From Mytilus californianus (taxonomy: Eukaryota): a stretch of DNA of 64,000 nucleotides. The DNA is taken from assembly GCF_021869535.1 (NCBI RefSeq), contig NW_026262745.1:12524001-12588000 (forward strand), given 5' to 3'. The notes beneath the pieces are model-generated. The model made no database searches. It was not told where the DNA came from and was given only the letters and a program-made list of their open reading frames with translations. Both the position numbers and the translations under genes were made by a program. Of this stretch, positions 35,175 to 45,900 are shown in pieces (positions within the stretch are counted from its first letter, which is position 1; each line of letters opens with the position of its first letter).

Positions 35175-36666
35175 TGTCACCGGGGAAACTGGGTGACTTG
35201 TAGGGTTGTGTGTAACAAGAGCCTGACTGAATGGCCTCTTGTTACTGAAACTGTGTGATGTACCTGATCACACAACGAACGATTGCTGTGAATAGCAATG
35301 AGAACTTTGGCACTGAAACTCTGGTGAAAACTAACTCTTGAGACTCTGGAACTAGCGATGAATAAATCAATAATTCAGCATGGATACTTTTATTACAGAT
35401 GGACTGTGTTCAGTGTAAAGTCCTGAGTCCAAATCTTGCTTATCAAAATTATAAATAAGTATTTATACACAATTGAAGTGACAAGAATAAACATAACAAA
35501 TAACAATTAATTTGAGTAATATTGTTCACTGTCAAGAATTAAACTATTTTTAGAACTTGAAGAATAAAGTTAATTTACTAATCTGATTATGATATTTAAA
35601 AATATATAATAATGAAAAAGGTATAATGTCACTAATTAGCTAATAGAATAAAACATGTCACTCAATGTCCAAACTGAGAATTAAATTGCATATCAAAGCA
35701 TGTTGATTTTAAGTCCTGGATATTAAATGTAAATAGAAACGAAAACATGAATTAAAAAGAAATTATGAAACACAGAGAATTAAAGTCCAAAATATCAAAA
35801 TTGAGAATTTTATATTAGAGTCCAAAATAATAAACGAAGCTGCATTTTCCTCTGTCACATATGCCTCTCCTCCCAATTAAGTCCGTCCTCGGACTTGGCA
35901 CTATCTAAATCGGCCTCCTCTGCGGTTGTTATAGTGTCTGTTGTTATAGTTTGGTCGCTGTTGGTTTTGGCTGGAAGACAACATGTCACCGGGGAAATAG
36001 GTGACTTGTAGGGTTGTGTGTAACAAGAGCCTGACTGAATGGCCTCTTGTTACTGAAACTGTGTGATGTACCTGATCACACAACGAACGATTGCTGTGAA
36101 TAGCAATGAGAACTTTGGCACTGAAACTCTGGTGAAAACTAACTCTTGAGACTCTGGAACTAGCGATGAATAAATCAATAATTCAGCATGGATACTTTTA
36201 TTACAGATGGACTGTGTTCAGTGTAAAGTCCTGAGTCCAAATCTTGCTTATCAAAATTATAAATAAGTATTTATACACAATTGAAGTGACAAGAATAAAC
36301 ATAACAAATAACAATTAATTTGAGTAATATTGTTCACTGTCAAGAATTAAACTATTTTTAGAACTTGAAGAATAAAGTTAATTTACTAATCTGATTATGA
36401 TATTTAAAAATATATAATAATGAAAAAGGTATAATGTCACTAATTAGCTAATAGAATAAAACATGTCACTCAATGTCCAAACTGAGAATTAAATTGCATA
36501 TCAAAGCATGTTGATTTTAAGTCCTGGATATTAAATGTAAATAGAAACGAAACATGAATTAAAAAGAAATTATGAAACACAGAGAATTAAAGTCCAAAAT
36601 ATCAAAATTGAGAATTTTATATTAGAGTCCAAAATAATAAACGAAGCTGCATTTTCCTCTGTCACA
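35175..36666 (-). mobile_element. Miniature Gypsy-like LTR retroelement: two near-identical LTRs and a 124-bp core
   Basis: LTRs 35175-35859 (685 bp) and 35984-36666 (683 bp) with TG...CA ends; AACA TSD at 35171-35174 and 36667-36670. Minus-strand core encodes QNQQRPNYNNRHYNNRRGGRFR* then PPT GGGAGGAGAGG next to the 3' LTR; no TGG-type PBS. Confidence 0.92.
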
Positions 36667-37524
36667 AACAGACCTAATTACGAAAATTGAAAATTGACCA
36701 ATGAACCATGAAAATGAGGTCAAGGTCAAGGTCAGATGAACCATGCCAGACAACATGTACATCATTACATACACCAAATATAGTTGACCTATTGCTTACA
36801 GTATATATATATGAAAAACACAAAAAATCATGAAAACTTAACATTGATTATAATGAACCATGAAAATGATGTCAAGGTCAGATAAACCCTGTCAGACAGA
36901 CATGTACACCTTACAATCATCCCATGCACCAAATATAGTTGACCTGTTGCTAATAGTATCCGAGACCAAGTAAACTTAACCTTGATCACTACTCCATAAA
37001 ATGAGGTCAAGGTCCTTAGTCAGGTAAATCCTGTCTGACGGACATGTAGACCTTGCAAGGAACCATCATACCAAATATAGTTATCCTATTACTCATAGTA
37101 AGTGAGAAATGTACATTACAAACATAAAAAATTCAAGCAGTCGCTTAACCATGAAAATGAGGTTAAGGACAATGGACATATGCCCGATGGAAACTTCGCA
37201 ACATAAGGCATCTGCATTCAAGGTATGAAGCAACCACGACTTCTACCTTCTGATATATGAAGCCTTAACAAGTAGTTTACGCCATTGGGTTACCCCAAAA
37301 ACTTAACATTGACCATTGACCAATGAACAATGAAAATGGGGTTAAGGTCATATGAACCCTGCCAAACAAACAACTACACCTTATAATAATTCTATACACC
37401 AAATCAAATTGACCTATTGCTTATAGTATCTGATAAACTGACAAAACATATATAATAAAACATTCACTGAATCATGAAAATGAGGTCAAGGATAATGGAC
37501 ATGTGACACATGGAAAATTCGTAA

Positions 37525-37825
37525 GAGAGCTGCCATTTGATTTTTATGGGGGGGGGGGGGGGGGGCGTCTAGGATGAAACATTTTGTCCTGCCTTTTTTT
37601 TTTAGTTGTAATCTCTGTCCTCTGTCCTGCCTTTTTATTTTTCACTCTATTCGGTCCTGCCTTTTTTTTTTTCATTTATCCTGACTTTTTGTTACATAAA
37701 TTGACATCCTGCCTTTTTTTTTTGCAAAGTGTCTCATCCTGCCTTTTTTTTCACTCAAAACTCCTGTCCTGCCTATTTTTTTCAAATTTCATCCCACCCC
37801 CCCATAAAATCAAATGGTAGCTCCC
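37525..37825. mobile_element. PIF/Harbinger (Tourist-like) MITE
   Basis: TIRs gagagctgccatttgatttttatgggg and ccccataaaatcaaatggtagctccc; TAA TSD at 37522-37524 and 37826-37828; the rejoined flanks match the uninterrupted host repeat near 37190. Confidence 0.9.
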
Positions 37826-38629
37826 TAACATGAGGTATCTGCATACAAGGCATAAAGCATCCAGGTCTTCTAGCTTCTGAAATATAAAGCTATATAAAAA
37901 TAGTTTGTGCTGCCGCCACTGTTGCTGGATTGAAATCCCTATGTCTCTCATTCAGTCACAGCTGGCAAGACAAAAATCCATTAAGGAGTCGGCTGACGAT
38001 TTTGGCTTTGTTGGCTTATTTGTAGATCTTGTACCGCAGATCAGTTTTGCTATTATAGTTTCTGTTTATCTTCAAATATTTACAGGATAGTAGCCAAAAT
38101 AAAATAAAATCGTCATTTAAGTCTTAATGGGCAATAACTCCTGTAAAGAGCCTGACAAATTGGTCAAACTTGACAGATGGCAATTCTGGTCATTCTGAAT
38201 ATTTCTGCCTCTTTTAAATATTCTATTTCTATAATGACTTCCGAGATAATAGAAAATACTTACCGGTACAATTTATCCCTATGTTCTACTTTTAGCCTTG
38301 ACAGCCATATTGGTTGACAGACAGGATCATCAGACACATAAAAAAAATAGATACCAAACCAATTTTTTTGGCTAATCATGGTTAAAATTAGACACTAAGT
38401 TTCTTCCAAATAGTCTTCTTTTTTTTGGAAGAGGAGGGGGGGGGGGGGGTATTGGGTGTCAAAAAAGAGTCAAGGTAAATCCACAATAAATGGAATTATC
38501 GAGCTATGAAATTAAAAGGTTTATATCAAAGTTAACATTGGTGCAGGATAAGCATCTCAATATCTCCCATCTTGCAAAGAATGCAAGACAAAAAATTAGG
38601 AATTTCTTTCTTAGGTGTACACTTGCTTT

Positions 38630-41175
38630 AAATGATGTACCTTATTCTGATACATAAATGGAAATTCATAAATGAAGTATTAGACTTTTTCAACTTTGGA
38701 CCCTCTATAAAACATTAGATAAGGACCTTTTACACAAATATAAGCTCATCAGTATCCCAAAACTGTTTTCTGTCAGATTTCTTTGAGATCCAAAGAGGCT
38801 GTAGACAAGGGGATCCATTATCACCTTACATTTTTCTTTTATGTGCTGAAATTCTAGGAATTTTAATCAGAAAGAACAAAGAAATTAAAGGAATTAAAAT
38901 TGATGACACCGAATATCTTATCTCCCAATACGCAGATGACACATCAATAATACTTGACAGTACTCCCAAATCTCTAAATGCATCTCTTCGCTTACTACAA
39001 AAATATAAAAAATAATATGTCTGGTCATCATATGAACTTGGACAAAACAAAGGTGGTGTGGATAGGCAAAAAAAAATATAGTCAAGACACCATGTGTATA
39101 AAATGGGGATTGGAATGGGGTTCCAGTAGGTTTACATTACTAGGAATAAGCTTTTCTGTCAATTTGCATGAAATGGAATTGTTGAACTATGGTCCAAGAA
39201 TTAAGGAAATTGAGAATATAATAAAAATTTGGTCTAAATAAACATTAACACCAGTTGGAAAAAATAACAATCATCAAGACACTAATTATCTCAAAATTGA
39301 ACCATCTGTTTTTAACATTACAAGCACCATGCAAAAATACTAACTGACAAAATTTATTCATTTATTTGGGAAAACAAACCTGACAAGATAAAAAGAGAAA
39401 TATTATGTTCTGAACACAAATTAGGAGGGCTGAAAATGATAGATATTGACAAATATATGAAAGGATTGAAACTAACATGGATTAGACGGTTGTTGAAAAA
39501 CAACCCAAAACTAAATAAGCTACTAGAAAGTAGTGAAAAAAATCAGTATTGAAAACCTAGTTTATTTAGGCCTAACAAAAAGATGTAAAAACCCTTTTTG
39601 GGAAGAGGTCTTTAAAGCTTGGACAGATTTACAAATAAATTTACACCAAAAAATGAAGACGAGTTTGTATCAGATTCACTCTGGAATAATGAAAATATTA
39701 AAATAGGAACAACATCTATTTTCTATAAAGACTGGGCAGATAAAAGGATCTTTTTGATAAATGATCTATTAAACGATGAGGGAAAATTAATGACTTTTCA
39801 ACAATTCCAAAACATTTATAAAATTAAGTCAAACTTTCTTACTTATAATGGGGTAATTTCATCAATAAAATCATATAATAAAGCTCTCAAGAAAGATATA
39901 TCCATAAACAATCTTAATAAAACACAAGGACCAATTATTCCAAATAATATAAGAATATTTTTTTTATCAAAAAAAGGCTCCAAGTTATGTATAATGTTCT
40001 ATTAGAAAAAAACAGTACTAAACTTAACTGTGAAGACAAATGGTCCTTAACACTGAACAAAAATTTTGATTGGAAAACCGTGCATAGTATGTCTTTTTAC
40101 TCCACAAAAAGCTCAAAACTTCAATGGTTCCAGTATAGAATCTTACACAAATAAATTTTTATTTAAAATAAAAATAAAACAAAGCGATAAAGGTACTTTC
40201 TGCAATGAATTTACCAAAGATATTGAACACATATTTTGGACATGCCATAAAATAGCAGATCTGTGGATAAGACTCGGTGACTGGATTTATAACCAAACAC
40301 AAAATTGAAATAATTATCCCGTTTAACATGGATATAATTTTATTCGGAAATTTAGGAAAAACAGAAAATAATAATAAAATAAAAAATTTAATAATACTAT
40401 TATCAAAATTCTTTATTTATAGAACAAAACTGTGTGAAAATCAAGTCAGTTTTGCAGGGCTGAAAAATTATCTAAAAGAAAATCTAATACTAGAAAAGAA
40501 TGTATTTCTTAAAACAAAGCCTCTTCACATTGCCAACCTCTACTGGGACACCTGGCTTCCATTACTAGAATAATTTACACTTAACAAATTAGCATTACCC
40601 TATGTAATGTTACTGTGTATATTGTTTTAGCCTTCTCCACACCACCATATATGTTTTATTTAATATATTGTTATATGTTTGTTTATTGTTTTTTGTTCTT
40701 GTTTTGTGCCTAAAACCACATGTATGTTTTTTAATATCTATTTTGTGTTTGTATGATTTTTTTACAATGAAAAACCAACTTTGCCAAATTTATTTAATGC
40801 AAAGTATTGAAAAAATATCTCAAGATACATGCTAGATTTGACCAAAATACTGCTGCCAAAAATCCAAATTTCAGTGATTTTTTTTTTCTAGGTTTATTTT
40901 TTTTTGTTTTTATTTATTTATTATTTTCTCTTCTCTTCTCTCTTTTCTTTCTTTATGAAATAAAATTCTCTCTTTATTGAACAATATGGAAATAATGGAT
41001 ACATAATAATATAGTGTATATATTTTATAATTTAGAATACTAACAATTACTAACTATTTTCTATCTAAATATACAATCTAATGTTTAACGAGGCTGGGAT
41101 AAGGTACCAGTATTTCTGTATCCAACTTACAAATGTGAAAGTTTTCAATAAAGTATAACGATTTAAAAAAAAATA
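38630..41175 (+). mobile_element. 5'-truncated, degenerate L1/Tx1-clade LINE (RT, C-terminal zinc knuckle, 3' UTR, A-rich tail)
   Basis: EIQRGCRQGDPLSPYIFLLCAEILG, ISQYADDTS (38921-38947), NLDKTKVVWIG, KITIIKTLIISKLNHLF, TFCNE..KDIEHIFWTC; frameshifts and stops; aataaa and A-run near 41150-41180. Confidence 0.92.
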
Positions 41176-41551
41176 AAAATAATTTAGGAAAAAACGTTTT
41201 CACAGTATCGGAGAAAAAAGACATAATCATGAAAATGGGGTCAACGAAGTTAGATGAATCCTAACAGATTGACATTAACATCTAAGTTACAATCATTTAT
41301 ACATCAAATAAAGTTAACCTAAATAGATTGTTTATAGTCTGTGAGAAACAGACCTTATCACAAAACGTCCTCAGGCAGTGACATCAGTCCATCCCTAACT
41401 AATACACTGAATTAATACTCTGAAATTAAAATTAAATGTAATTTCAACTTATACCAGGAATTTTCAATGGCTGACAGATGCGATACATGTACAGTGCATC
41501 TAGGATTTACTAGCTGAATTGTACAAGCCATAAAATATTTTGGATATAATG

Positions 41552-41789
41552 ATTGATTAATTGAATGGGGTTTAACACCATTTTCAGTACTATTGGCTAT
41601 TTCATGGCGATCAGTTAATATTGGTGGAGGAAGCTGGAGAGAACCATGAGGTGGAAAACTGACAATCTTAGTCAATTAAGATTGGAGTCGAATGCACCTG
41701 CCACATGCTGGATTTGAACTCACCTCAATGATGACAGGCTAGTGATACAATAGTTGAACTACTTAGACCACTTGGCAACCGAGGTCCCT
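41552..41789 (-). mobile_element. tRNA-derived SINE
   Basis: Minus-strand A box TTGCCAAGTGG (41778-41768) and B box GAGTTCAAATCC (41721-41710); a headless copy lies at about 45606-45735. Confidence 0.8.
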
Positions 41790-42011
41790 GGATATGATAT
41801 AGCAAGACAGTAACTATGCTAACCTCTAGAATCTAGATGTCATTTTGTTTTTGTGTCCTTAGGTTACTGTCTCACTGAAATTTACCCCATCATGCCTTTT
41901 ATTCATACTTTCATTACTGTCAAGTTTCTCAGCACAACTAGAGGCCAGTTGTATTTTAATTAAGCCTGCACTTGTAACTTGCTAACTGTATGTGTGCTAC
42001 ATTGTACAACA

Positions 42012-42220
42012 TGTATATTGATTACATGTATCTCCCATCAAATCAAAAGTGCATTGTATATTGATTACATGTATCCCCCATCAAATCAAAAGTGCATTGT
42101 ATATTTATTAAATGTATCTCCCATCAAATCAAAAGTACATTGTATATTGATTACATGTATCCCCCATCAAATCAAAAGTGCATTGTATATTGATTACATG
42201 TATCTCCCATCAAATCAAAA
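42012..42220. repeat. 43-bp minisatellite, about 5 copies
   Basis: cattgtatattgattacatgtatc(t/c)cccatcaaatcaaaagtg at 42052, 42095 and onward. Confidence 0.95.
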
Positions 42221-42551
42221 GAGGGGTTCCTACAGTAGTTTCAGATCATGGAGATATTAATTTTAGATAGGATGAAGTACTCAATCCGACATTTAATGCT
42301 TTTGTCACTTATATCATTCCATACCATATGACAATACCAAATAGTGCAAAAATACATGAATCACAAATATAATCTCCATTTTGATATCTGGGGGTTGTTT
42401 AAATAGGCATCTATGAATGACAGTTGTTCCACAGGAGTGTTTAAAATGTATGCACAATAGATGAAATACCAAAAAGATGTAAAAGACTAAATAAGAGAAA
42501 TTGATAAGTTTTAATAATCTTGTTAATTTTTATCATTCTATAAGTAGATCA

Positions 42552-42956
42552 TTAATACCAATCTTTCCTTTTACCACCCATGGCTTTATCTCCAAAATAT
42601 CTATGTTCTTTCTTATCTTGATTATATTCATAAACATGTTCAGGAGTAAAAAATTCTGAATTAATATCCCAATTATCCAATTTATTCCTGGCATGTTTTC
42701 GCAGTTCAAGAAAATCCATCTCCCAGATATTTAATTTTGGTTCTTTATCTATTGTTATAGAATCTTCAGTCACTGGTTCCAATTTTTTCTTCACAATAAA
42801 TTCCCCATTGTCTTGTAAAATACAGTGTTCAAAATCTTCTTCTGTTTCAGGTAATCCATATGGAAATGTTATTGGTGTGATTTTGATCATATGTGCCACT
42901 GATTTTAAGTCCTTGTTTACACTTGGTGTATTCTTCAGTACAACTTTCTTAAACAA
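42552..42956 (-). CDS. MRPL30: MRPL30 terminal exon
   Basis: ttttag|LFKKVVLKNTPSVNKDLK...GGKRKDWY*. Confidence 0.95.
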   Translation of the reverse strand: MFKKVVLKNTPSVNKDLKSVAHMIKITPITFPYGLPETEEDFEHCILQDNGEFIVKKKLEPVTEDSITIDKEPKLNIWEMDFLELRKHARNKLDNWDINSEFFTPEHVYEYNQDKKEHRYFGDKAMGGKRKDWY

Positions 42957-45900
42957 CTAAAATATAAAACATGGATGTAATCTCATGTGGAATAGGTTCC
43001 CAGTTACAGGATACCAGTCCAGTACCCACGAATGAAGTACCTTAATAAATCTACTATCTTTTAAATGGGATATTGTACTGAGATGAAAATGATTTCAAGA
43101 TGCCTAAATTTGTAGTATATCTAAAAGGTATTCATTAAACTTTCAACTTCTGTTAAATTTTAAGTGATTCTGAAATGTATAGGGTGGATGATTGTCTGAG
43201 TAAATGGTCCAAATTTTATTTTCGATTTTAACCTGGAAGTTAATAAAATGACCCTATCAATACTCAAAACAGTATTGCTCTCTCAAATGCCGGTCATGAC
43301 CCTTCGAGAATTCTCAAAGAAACAATGAAGGGGGCTAATATTACAAGAAAGTTATTGACATTTTTAAGTCTAATATAGGGAATAAAAAATCTACCCCTCA
43401 GTTTTGATAAAATTGCATTGAAGTAATGGGGGAAATAATAAGGTCCCCGTTCCATGTGTCAGAATCTAATCATGCTAATGAAGAGCATTATGGGTAATAT
43501 CATTGTTCATAAACTTTTATAAATAAAAACATATCATTGGTTGAATACTTATTAATTTTGAAAATTGTAAGGATTATTTTTTTTGGGTACACTTCTGAAT
43601 CTTTGAATTTAAGATGACACTACTTCTAGTTCAATGAACAAATTACAGTTACCTAAAAGAACATGCATGTTAAGTATTTTTGTATAATTTAAGATATGAG
43701 ATAGATATCCCTATAGCAATGTATGTAATATTTACCATGGAATTGGAATGTAACAAAAACTTAGTGTACAATATTCTGTCAAATTACACTATTGAAATAT
43801 AGCTTAAAATTATTGACGTCATCATTGACAAAAATATGTTTAAAACAGTTTTTCAATTAATTAATTGTTGCTTGCTTTCCTTCCAGTAGCTAATATTTCA
43901 TGCATGTTAAGAACAAGAACAAATTAACAATGAATACAATGAGTAGGTCTTGTAATAGAGGTCAACCAGCATGACCAAGATGAAGGGTGGGAAATTTATA
44001 AATGCATTGGAAAATGATGGATATCATGGATATTAGATAGGGACATAATTTTAGCCTTGCATCAGGCCACCTACAGACCCCCTCAGAGTTGTTGCTAGCG
44101 TTCTTTAATGTACATGTTTATTGAATCTTCTAATCACCTTTGTGAACCTTATGTCCATACATGCACATTCATATACATGTATATCTATTTTTACAATGAC
44201 ATGTGCAAACTCAAATCGAAATTCAAAGATGACTTGAGGCCAATGAGTGGCTAGGTAAGATGATAAAAGAACTAAAAGACCTTATATGAATGGTCTTATT
44301 TAAAATGGATTATAGCACTTCTAGGACTAGGTTTTAACTACCTTTATATCTAGTCCATATTTTTCACATATTTCTTTCTCCCAGTATGGTCTTCCTGATA
44401 AATCTTTCATCCTCTGTACCATATGAAGCTTTGAAACTTCTTGCTCTTTTTTTACTCTTTCTTCTCTCCCCTGATGTCTCTCTACAATTGGTGTAGCCCA
44501 TGAAAAGTCTTCATCAATCACAGCCTGCTTGATACTCTTTCTATGTCTCACTTGACCTAAATTTAATTTTGGTAAACATCTAAGCAAGACAGATACCTAG
44601 AAACAAAAATATATCTTTTCAAATTTTGTACTGCTAGCTATAGTTATCAATTATTTTGTATCTAATTTATATAAGATAAACAATTAAAAATAAAATCAAA
44701 CATTAGAAGTGTTCCAGCTTGAATAGAAGGGCAGAAGTGTGCTGCTAGTTGTCTGAAAAGGCACTTTAGCACAATCAACCAGATAATTAGGGCACTGTTG
44801 GACAGTGTAAATGATCTTGAATATTGCAAGGCTCAACTGGTGGACTATAGTTGTATTTTAATCTTTAGAAATTTTTGTGTTCTTGATCTGATACCTTAAT
44901 TACTAAAATGTATGCTACATAGTTTAAGATTTACACCTGTGGATAGGAACTATTTTGTTTTAAATATGTATTATTTTCTGTATGTGATCTTTTTTGACCC
45001 GGCCCGATTAGGTGGTGTTACATCTTACAAAGTCTATCCAAATTATTTTTGCAAAGAATTCTGCTCAAGCCAGTGCTAGGGGTCGTCTTAAACTTGAAGT
45101 GAGGTGAGAGTTTTTGCTCTATGTTGAAGGCCTCACTGTGACTTTGAGATGAAGAACAGCAATAAAAGTGCTGTTCCTTTGCTTTTAGTGTGTTTTTTTT
45201 GCTGTGCATATACTGATTTTGTGTCATGCTTGGATACCCCATATCCTTTGTTTTTCTATTGATGTTGATTCCAGTAAGAATTTCTTATCACATTATCATA
45301 CCATTAACATGATTAGTCCTACAATAATTTTATCTCGTTTACATTTTCTCTAAAATACAAATTAATTTTAAATCTATAAATTTCAATTGAAAAATTTTTG
45401 TGACCTCGTGATCATGATGATATACCCCAAAATGAAAATAATGTCACATCATTGGTTGAATTTCCATTGTTTACAGACATTTTTAACCAATCACAATGAC
45501 ATGTTTTGGTGTACACTTTTGAAAATTTTACCTAGAATGCATTAGATTCTGAAACGTCAAATTCCCAAATGAGTTTTTTTTAAATAAAATCAAAATATGA
45601 TTGTTGGTGTTTATCTCCACTTTATGCACTTTTGGCTATATTGTGGTGGTAAGTTTTTAATGGTGGAGGACCACCGACCATCAGCAGGAAAACTGACAAT
45701 CCTAGTAAATTACAATATAACATTGGAGTCGAGCATAAGTAAACAAACACGCAAAATACACTCGATAAACCAATTGCCTTCAGGAATCTGTCTAACATTA
45801 TCAACCATGTAGGTGATATATCTACCTGTATAATAGGTGATAATATGTAAACATAGTAATTTGTATGAGGATCTAAATGGGTAAGGAATAACCACTAATT

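Larger units (their letters stand above)
34150..38400. repeat. Degenerate satellite-like array (~145-155-bp aatgaggtcaaggtca units plus gggcaataact units), interrupted by insertions
   Basis: Recurring caaatatagttg and gaaaatgaggtcaagg motifs at about 150-bp spacing; resumes near 41190-41400. Helentron/HINE origin is inference. Confidence 0.75.

Noticed and set aside
37548-37565. G-quadruplex or regulatory role for poly-G/poly-C runs (also 22215-22231 and about 38437-38449)
   Set aside because: Homopolymers within MITE or repeat bodies, prone to slippage and sequencing error; no functional evidence
41700-41789. tRNA gene
   Set aside because: A and B boxes are present, but there is no complete cloverleaf and the sequence continues into a SINE body found elsewhere in the window
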